DNA from: the human T2T-CHM13v2.0 reference genome, Homo sapiens
Length of the DNA stretch: 64,000 nucleotides
Direction: 5' to 3' (one strand)
Assembly (NCBI RefSeq): GCF_009914755.1
Contig: NC_060937.1
This document shows positions 57,201 to 64,000 of this stretch, piece by piece. Every line of letters begins with the position of its first letter. Position 1 is the first letter of the stretch. The notes under the pieces are model-generated. The model did not search any database. It saw nothing but the letters and a program-made list of their open reading frames with translations, and had not been told where the DNA came from. The position numbers and the translations under genes were made by a program.

Positions 57201-58370
57201 AACATGTGTTTGAATTTCTTTTATTCAGGAGTGGAATTGCTGAGTCTCACATATGGCTCAGCTTAAGTAGATGGTCCTGAACAATTTTAAAAGATAATTA
57301 CCAATGTCTGTTTTCTCTAGAATAAGTTTTAATAAGTTATACTTTTCTAGAAAGTTGTCTTTCATCAAAGTTATTGGTATGAATAAAGTATTCTTGTGAT
57401 TTTTTTAAAATCTGCCATTATATCCCTTGTATTATTCTTAATACTGTTTATTTGTGCTCCTTCCTTTGTCTTTTCATCAAGCTTGCCAGGTTTGCCTATT
57501 TTATTTGACTTTGTAACAGCCAGCAGTAGGTTTTAGTGACTCCTTCTGTTTCTTTGTTTTCCGTTTTACTGACATTTGCTCTCAACTTTCTACTTTCTTC
57601 TTTCTCATTTTTTTAGATTATTGTTACTTTCTCTAACTTCTTAAATTGGGTATAGTTAACCCTTTAATTTTCAGTTTTCTTTTTTTAATTTAATCTCAAT
57701 ATTTAAAAATTACATCAACCACTTTATTACATCCCATAAACTTTGATAGGTAGGTAATAGTTTTATTCATTCTTAGCTATCTTCTAATTTCCATTATGAG
57801 GATTTTTTTGGTTTCCAAATGTGTGAGGTTTTTTGTTTTAGTTATTATTTTGATGTTGATTTCTCATTTAATTGCATTATGGTGAGAATATAATCTGTGT
57901 AATGTTTATGATTTGGTATTTGTGAATATTTCATATAGGATCTAGTACACAATTACTTTGTAAATACTTTAAATGTAATGGAAAAGAATGTATATTCTCT
58001 AAATATTAAATGCAAGGTATATATGTCCATTCAGAAATAAACTTGTTATTTTTTATATTATTTTTTGTCTGGTTGATCTATCAGTTACTGAGTTATATGC
58101 TGAAAATTAAATATATGTCTGGATGCTTCCACTTCTCTTGTAATTCTATTAATTTTTGCTTTCTGTGTTTTGATGCCATTGTGTTACATATAAATATGAT
58201 ATTCATGTATTCTATTGATTTTATCCCTAATACTGCCATTTTTTGCCTTCGAGGTCTATTTATTTGGCATGAATGTAGCAACAACAGCTTTCTTTGATTA
58301 GTATTTCTCTGATTTTTTTCCATCTCTTTACATCAACTTGTGTACGTCTTTATATTTTAGATTTATCTTT
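54300..58370 (-). mobile_element. Highly decayed L1M(E/C) fragments with smaller insertions (approximate bounds)
   Basis: T-rich antisense L1-like sequence; peptide KLIELQEKWKHPDI (ORF 58093..58323) resembles the ORF2 endonuclease region. Confidence 0.65.
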
Positions 58371-60053
58371 TGTGGGGAGGAGGTGAGAGGTGAGAGTGGC
58401 TTCTGTTTCCCTAATTTTTTTTCACATCTGTTTTTTCTCATAATACCTTATTCTTTTCTTTAAGGTCCTCCTGTGACGTCCTAGTCTTTTTGAAGTGTGT
58501 AATCATTTTCAGATCCTCCTATATTCAGGTCCTTGGGGACCCAGTCTCTTGTGTGTTTTGTGTGCCGACTTGCTCATCATGGGTGATTTCCTTGTGGATT
58601 TTGTGGTTTTGAATTCTGAGTTTTTCCCCACTGGAGCTTTAACTATAAATCCCATGTAACCCCAAGGCAAGAGAATATCTCTCCAGAGTAATTTTACATT
58701 TGCTTTTGCTTGGCTCCTTCGATATCTCCATCCCAAAACCAATCTTTATGTAACTTTTTTGATGGGTTCTGAGACCATGAATATAACAACATATGTATAG
58801 TATAACTTGAACCCCAAATTTGCCTGTGGTTCTTAATTCTCAGGCAGGACCAAGATTCCTGCTGTCTCCGGGGGAAGACAGGCTTTTTAGTTTGATTTTT
58901 TTTTCATCCCTTTCGCTGAGGGTGCTGCCATTTGAAGATTGTATCTTTAGACAGATAATTGAGCTCAAAATTGCTGCCTCTTTCAGACCCAAGGCCGCAT
59001 CTTCCGAACTCAAACAGTGATAGAACCCAAGTGGTCCTGGGTGAGCAGGGCCTCTGCTCCCCCGTCTCCCAGGCTGCTCACAGTGTGCGGCTCTGCTTCC
59101 CACGCCCACTTGTTCCTGAGGCCTTGCAACTCCACTTACTTCTTTCATATTTAGCTGTGTATAGAAATATTTATCTATTAATAGCATTTTTAGGTGTTTG
59201 TAGTAGGAAGAGTTTCAGATCTTAGTCTATAATTTTGTCAGGACTAGAAGACTTCTAGAAATAGAGATTTAAATTAATAAATTCAAAGATTGCCATATAG
59301 CTAGAAACATGGATTTTTTTAAAGCAGCATGTGATGCATTTTTCTTCCCATGGTGGCTTCTTTTTTGTTGGTGACATAGACTAAGCCAGGAACGGCATTG
59401 CTGTCAGTCTTCAGGATCCGTGGAGCCACCCTCAGAAAGATGGTTACTGATGCTCACTTCTCACCTTTTTGCTGTTTGTCAGATTTCCCTTCACACTCTC
59501 TAGCCTGTTGCTGAGGTTTTATCACAGTCTGCAGTCTTCCTCCACTGTGTGCGCTCAGGATTTACTTCAGTCATAAGAAGAAGAAAGGTAGAGCAGGGGA
59601 GCATTTTAAGGGCCGTGATGGAAACACCAGATTTCTGGCTGCCCTCAGTGATTTAGCCTCGTCTCCATGCCTTCCTTCCTATCACACCCTGCAAAGCCCT
59701 GAGCTCCTAAGAGTTAACTGGAGTTGGGACAGTCAGTGGCGTCACAGTCGGGCTGAAATTAGGAGTGTCTGTACAGTGTCTTTCACTGCCTTCCAGAGCC
59801 ACAGTGCACAAAGAGCTTTTACACTGCCTATTACTTTCTTTTCTCCTGAGCACCTACTGCAGGCTGCCAATTTTGTGCTATTGACTGAAGGATGTTGTGA
59901 TACTTTTGAATTTGAATTGCTTGCATAGAGCGGATCAATATGATACTTCCTTCCCAGTCTATAGATGTAACTGCATTGAGAGAAAGCTCTTCCAAGCATT
60001 ATGATGATTCTGCTCCTTCTGTGTCTGATAACTGTGTGTTGATCTCTTTTTAG

Positions 60054-60173
60054 GGAGGAATGATCAATTGGAATCGTCTTTTTCCTCCTTTACGTCAGCG
60101 ACAAAACGTAAACTATCAGGGCGGTCGGCAGTCTGAGCCAGCAGCGCCCCCTCTAGAAGTTTCTGAGGAACAG
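60054..60173 (+). CDS. UBAC2: UBAC2 coding exon (probably exon 8), 120 nt: GGMINWNRLFPPLRQRQNVNYQGGRQSEPAAPPLEVSEEQ, with the LIR-type WNRL motif and the start of the UBA domain
   Basis: ctctttttAG acceptor ending 60053; donor CAG|gtaatt at 60174; in frame with the previous exon; locally CpG-richer than its flanks. Confidence 0.96.
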
Positions 60174-60952
60174 GTAATTAATCAGTAATACCTGGTACTC
60201 ATTCTAAATCCATGTTTCAGAGTTGAAGCAGTTTCGATCAACAGGACTCAAAAGTAATCAAGCGTGTAAATACAAAGATGGTGACAGCAGTCCATCTGCC
60301 ACCATGATAGAGACTTTGGGCTTTTTTTTGGCTATTGTGGTTCTTACGAGTTTAAGGAAGGCATTATTGGTTGGGGGGCGGCGGGTGGGAATGTATTATG
60401 GTAGCTTGTTTTAGATGCTCTTACACTTCATATATACAAGAAACTAATGAGATTGGTTCTCTGTGAAGGATCGGGGACAAGGAGGTGGGAGGATGGGGAG
60501 GGAGTGTGCCTTTGGCATGGTTTCACTTTTGTATGGTTTTGAGTCATGTTAATGTTTTACATATTCAACAAGCAAACCAAAAGGACAGGGACAAATGTAA
60601 AACTGAAAAGAAACAAACAAATGCTCTAACTGCATTTCAAATGAATAACATAATCACATTGAAGGAGGGAAAATGGATTTCAGTAACGTTTGTACCGGAT
60701 ATACCCTCAGTCTAATGAAGAAACAAAAAGAACTGCAAACAAATCTTAAACATTTCTTCAAGGTTTAGTTTTCATAAAGGTATGAGTATAGCAATTCTAA
60801 AATTATGCTGTGTGTATTATAGATTTGAGCAAATGAGGAACTCGGTTGATTTTATTGTGGAAGAAGGAAAATAAATATATAAAGCAGGGAAAGGCAAGGG
60901 AGAACCCTGTGGGGTTGGAAAGGAATTATCACTATCATCGTAAACTCATGAG

Positions 60953-60955
<3 letters not shown>

Positions 60956-60991
<36 letters not shown>
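60956..60991 (+). repeat. (GT)18 microsatellite
   Basis: Uninterrupted GT run. Confidence 0.95.
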
Positions 60992-60993
<2 letters not shown>

Positions 60994-61506
60994 ACATACC
61001 CTCACTCTGACCGAGAGGGCTCAGAAGCAGTGGCCTCCTGGTAGCAGTGGGCTCACCTACTGCCCAGATCTGGTTTCTAAACACTCCTCCCCACTAAAAG
61101 GAACCAGGCCTATTTAGGAAAACGGTGGATTCCAGGCCCAGTGTAGGGAACGTACAGGATAGCCCTGGATCATCGTGTGCCAGGAAAGTAAGGAAGTGAT
61201 CAGTCACTGCTGGGGCCTGTCAGAAGGACACTGGAGCCAGCTGCGGGATCCCACTGGCCACATCTAGGGCATCGGCTTGGGGATCAGAATAAATAAAGGA
61301 TAGTAAGAATACATGCATTATAATAGTAGATAAATATTTATATAAATACATACACTGGAGGGAAGGAAATGCTTTTCCTAAATGGAATGTCAAGTAATAA
61401 ATATACAAAGAATGATAGTATCAGAAAATCACAAATTTGCAAGCATCGTAATAAAAATCCATTCAGGGAAAAATGATCAATATATGAAGACTAGGCTATT
61501 TATATA

Positions 61507-61928
61507 TAGATGGTCCCTGACCTATAATGGTCGAACTTTAACAATTTTTCAATTTTACAGTGGTGCAAAAGTGATACATACTCAGTAGAAGCCATACATC
61601 AAATTTTGAGTTTTGCTCTTTTCCCAGGCCAGCGATACGTGGTACGAGACTCTTTTGCGATGCTGGGCAGCGACTGTGAACCGTTCTGTTTTTCACTTGC
61701 AGCACGATACTCAATAATTACATGAGATAGTCAATACTCTAGATTTGTGAGAGATGATTTTGCCCAACTGTAGGGTAATGTTAAGTGTTCTGAGCATCTT
61801 TAAGGTAGGCTAGATTAAGCTGTGATATTCAGTAGGTTAAGTGTACTAAATGCATTTCAACTTATGATATTTTCAACGTACAGTGGATTTATTGGGACTT
61901 AACTCCATCGTAGGTTGAGGAGCGCTTG
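61507..61928 (-). mobile_element. MER47-family (Tigger) DNA transposon
   Basis: Termini tagatggtccctgacctataatggt ... ccatcgtaggttgaggagcgcttg with TA flanks. Confidence 0.78.
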
Positions 61929-64000
61929 TAATCTCAAAGTATCCCTCCACAAGTTACTTACTAATTATAAAGGAAAACCGTAATTCTACAGAAGAGAAAT
62001 TGGACACCACCTTAACCAGGTTATCAAAATTAACATCACCAATTATGGAACAAAGAATTATTATGTTCATATCCTGAAAAGGACCTATCAGTTATGTCCT
62101 TGTAACATATGCAGTTACAATCAACATGCATAACTTTGATCGTAAGGGAAAATAAGATAAACTTAATTTGAGGGACATTCTGTAAAATACCTGGTCTATG
62201 TTCTTCAAAAATACGATGTTCCAGATTAAAGGAGACTTGGGAGTCATGCTGCCCAAGTGGAAAATGTGATCCTGGACTGGATTTTGTACTGGAGAAAAAA
62301 TGTCTGATGAAAGGCCATTTTAGGATCAATTGATGAAATTGGACTATGGATTGGATATTGGTATTATATGAATTTTACATTTCCAGGACTTGGTACATAC
62401 CGACCGTGGTTAGGAAAGAGAATATTCTTGTTCTTAGAAAATACACACTGAAGTATGAAGGAAAACGGCACCATGATGTGTGCAACCTGCTCTCAAATGG
62501 CTTAGGAATAATACCTGTGCATGTCAGTACATAGTGTGTGATTGTGTGTATGTGTGACAGAGACAGAGAGAGAAAGCAGCTATGGCCAAATAACAGTTGG
62601 TGAATCTGGTTAAGGAGGAATCAAGAGTTCCAGGTACTATTCTAGAAACTTTTCTAAGTTTGAAATTATTTCAAACTACAACCTTTTCAAAATCTATAAA
62701 AGAAAGTTAAGAGTGTTGCCATCATAATACTTTGAAGTTTCCCTCTGCCTGTTGTTTTTCCCTTTCAGCAAACAAAACAAATTGAGATCAGCATTTCACA
62801 GCTGACCACACCATCCACGCCATCGCCTCCCCATTCCCTGTCCCCAGAGTGAACAAATGCCACGCACCTGCCTCTGTAGCAAAACTTTGTCCTCATTTTT
62901 CCCAAAACTCAAAAGGTGCCCCTGGGCAGGGATCTCATAGCCACCCATGGGTAAGGCTGTGACAGGTGTTTTCAAGAGAAACCACTGTCACGTGCCCATT
63001 GACTTGATCCAGCCCCTCCCGCTTGCCACTTCTCCACTCAGACTGATGGTTTCAGCAGCTCTTCAGGATTAACAGGTGGAGTATGGAGCCACAGTTTTCC
63101 TCTTCTACCTCCACTAGAGAATTTCTAGACAAAGGTTATCCCCATGGATAAGAAAAGCCCAATAACCTGCCATGTGTAAAATCTTCCTATAACATGTTTA
63201 AAAAATAAGATACTGCTGTCAAGTTCAGCTGAAAAGAAATATCAAAATTCCGTTATGTTACTGTTTACTTGATACAGCAGTGAGTCACATTCCTCATGGG
63301 GCAGCCGTTAAGACGAGGTATTTAAAGGTGATATATTTCTCAGTTTGGGCACTTCAGGAAAAAAAAAGTGTCAAAAAGGGAGTGAAAGGAGTATGTGTGT
63401 GATTGAAGTCTTCAGGGTTGTTTTTTTTTTTGTTTAATGAGTCATTTTTCCTTGATCATCCCAGAATGACAACAGCGAGGTTACTTCTTGTCAACATCAG
63501 TTTAAAACAGTACTTAATTTCTTCCTCGCTCCGTGTTACGAGAAGTTGTAAAAACATGAGGGGTTGTTTTTAACATACACTTTCTTATACATTGATTTTC
63601 TAAATCTTGTTTTTGGTGTTTCTTGATTATCCTGCAAATAGCTGTTATAAACCATTGTTGCCTTAAAGATGCAAGGTTCTTACTGGCATTATTCATTCTG
63701 CAGGCTCTTGGTGTTCTTTGCAGTGGGTACTATAGAGATTATAAAAGATAAAAAAGATACTGTTGTTGCCCTCAAGATGCTTACAAAAAAGTTTATAAAT
63801 TTATATTGTATAATCTCTTGGCCAGTTTGTTTAACCACTGTCTAAAATATTTGTTAATAACATGTTAAGATAACTTGAATTAACAAAAGCTTTTTTTGCT
63901 TACTTTTTCAATTAAATGTTTGTATTTTCTTCATTTAAATATCAGAGCCACGTAATTTTAATGCATTAAGAAACTTAGTAATTTTTTAAGCCAAGAAAAA

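Larger units (their letters stand above)
60550..62695 (+). mobile_element. L1MC/MD-type 3' UTR fragments, interrupted by MER47
   Basis: tgtgatcctggactggattttgtac...tgttcttagaaaatacacactgaagtat...ttttctaagtttgaaattatttcaaa. Confidence 0.7.

Overview
Human (primate) genomic DNA from inside the UBAC2 gene (13q32.3), transcribed on the + strand. I identified the gene from four GT-AG coding exons whose joined translation matches the UBAC2 protein as I recall it: 6338-6461, 10265-10312, 32589-32834 and 60054-60173 (probably exons 5-8). Over 99% of the window is intron. It holds the MIR623 hairpin (48398-48495), probably the poorly characterised FKSG29 transcript (about 43.7-44.3 kb) and many repeats: Alus, L1, L2, MIR, MLT1/MER21/LTR13 LTRs, an ERVL pol remnant, and MADE1, Tigger, MER30, MER20 and Charlie DNA-transposon fossils. 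From recalled annotation, the first few hundred bases probably lie just upstream of the antisense nested gene GPR183. Almost all ORFs in the supplied track come from repeats or chance. I found no convincing new biological system. The best leads are an unexplained 93-nt hairpin at 8728-8820, a tight inverted Alu pair beside the 48-nt exon, three frame-symmetric exons that separate UBAC2 functional modules, and an antisense LTR13 solo LTR nested in MER21. Repeat subfamily names, exon numbers and neighbouring-gene positions are from memory, not from database searches, and many repeat boundaries are approximate.
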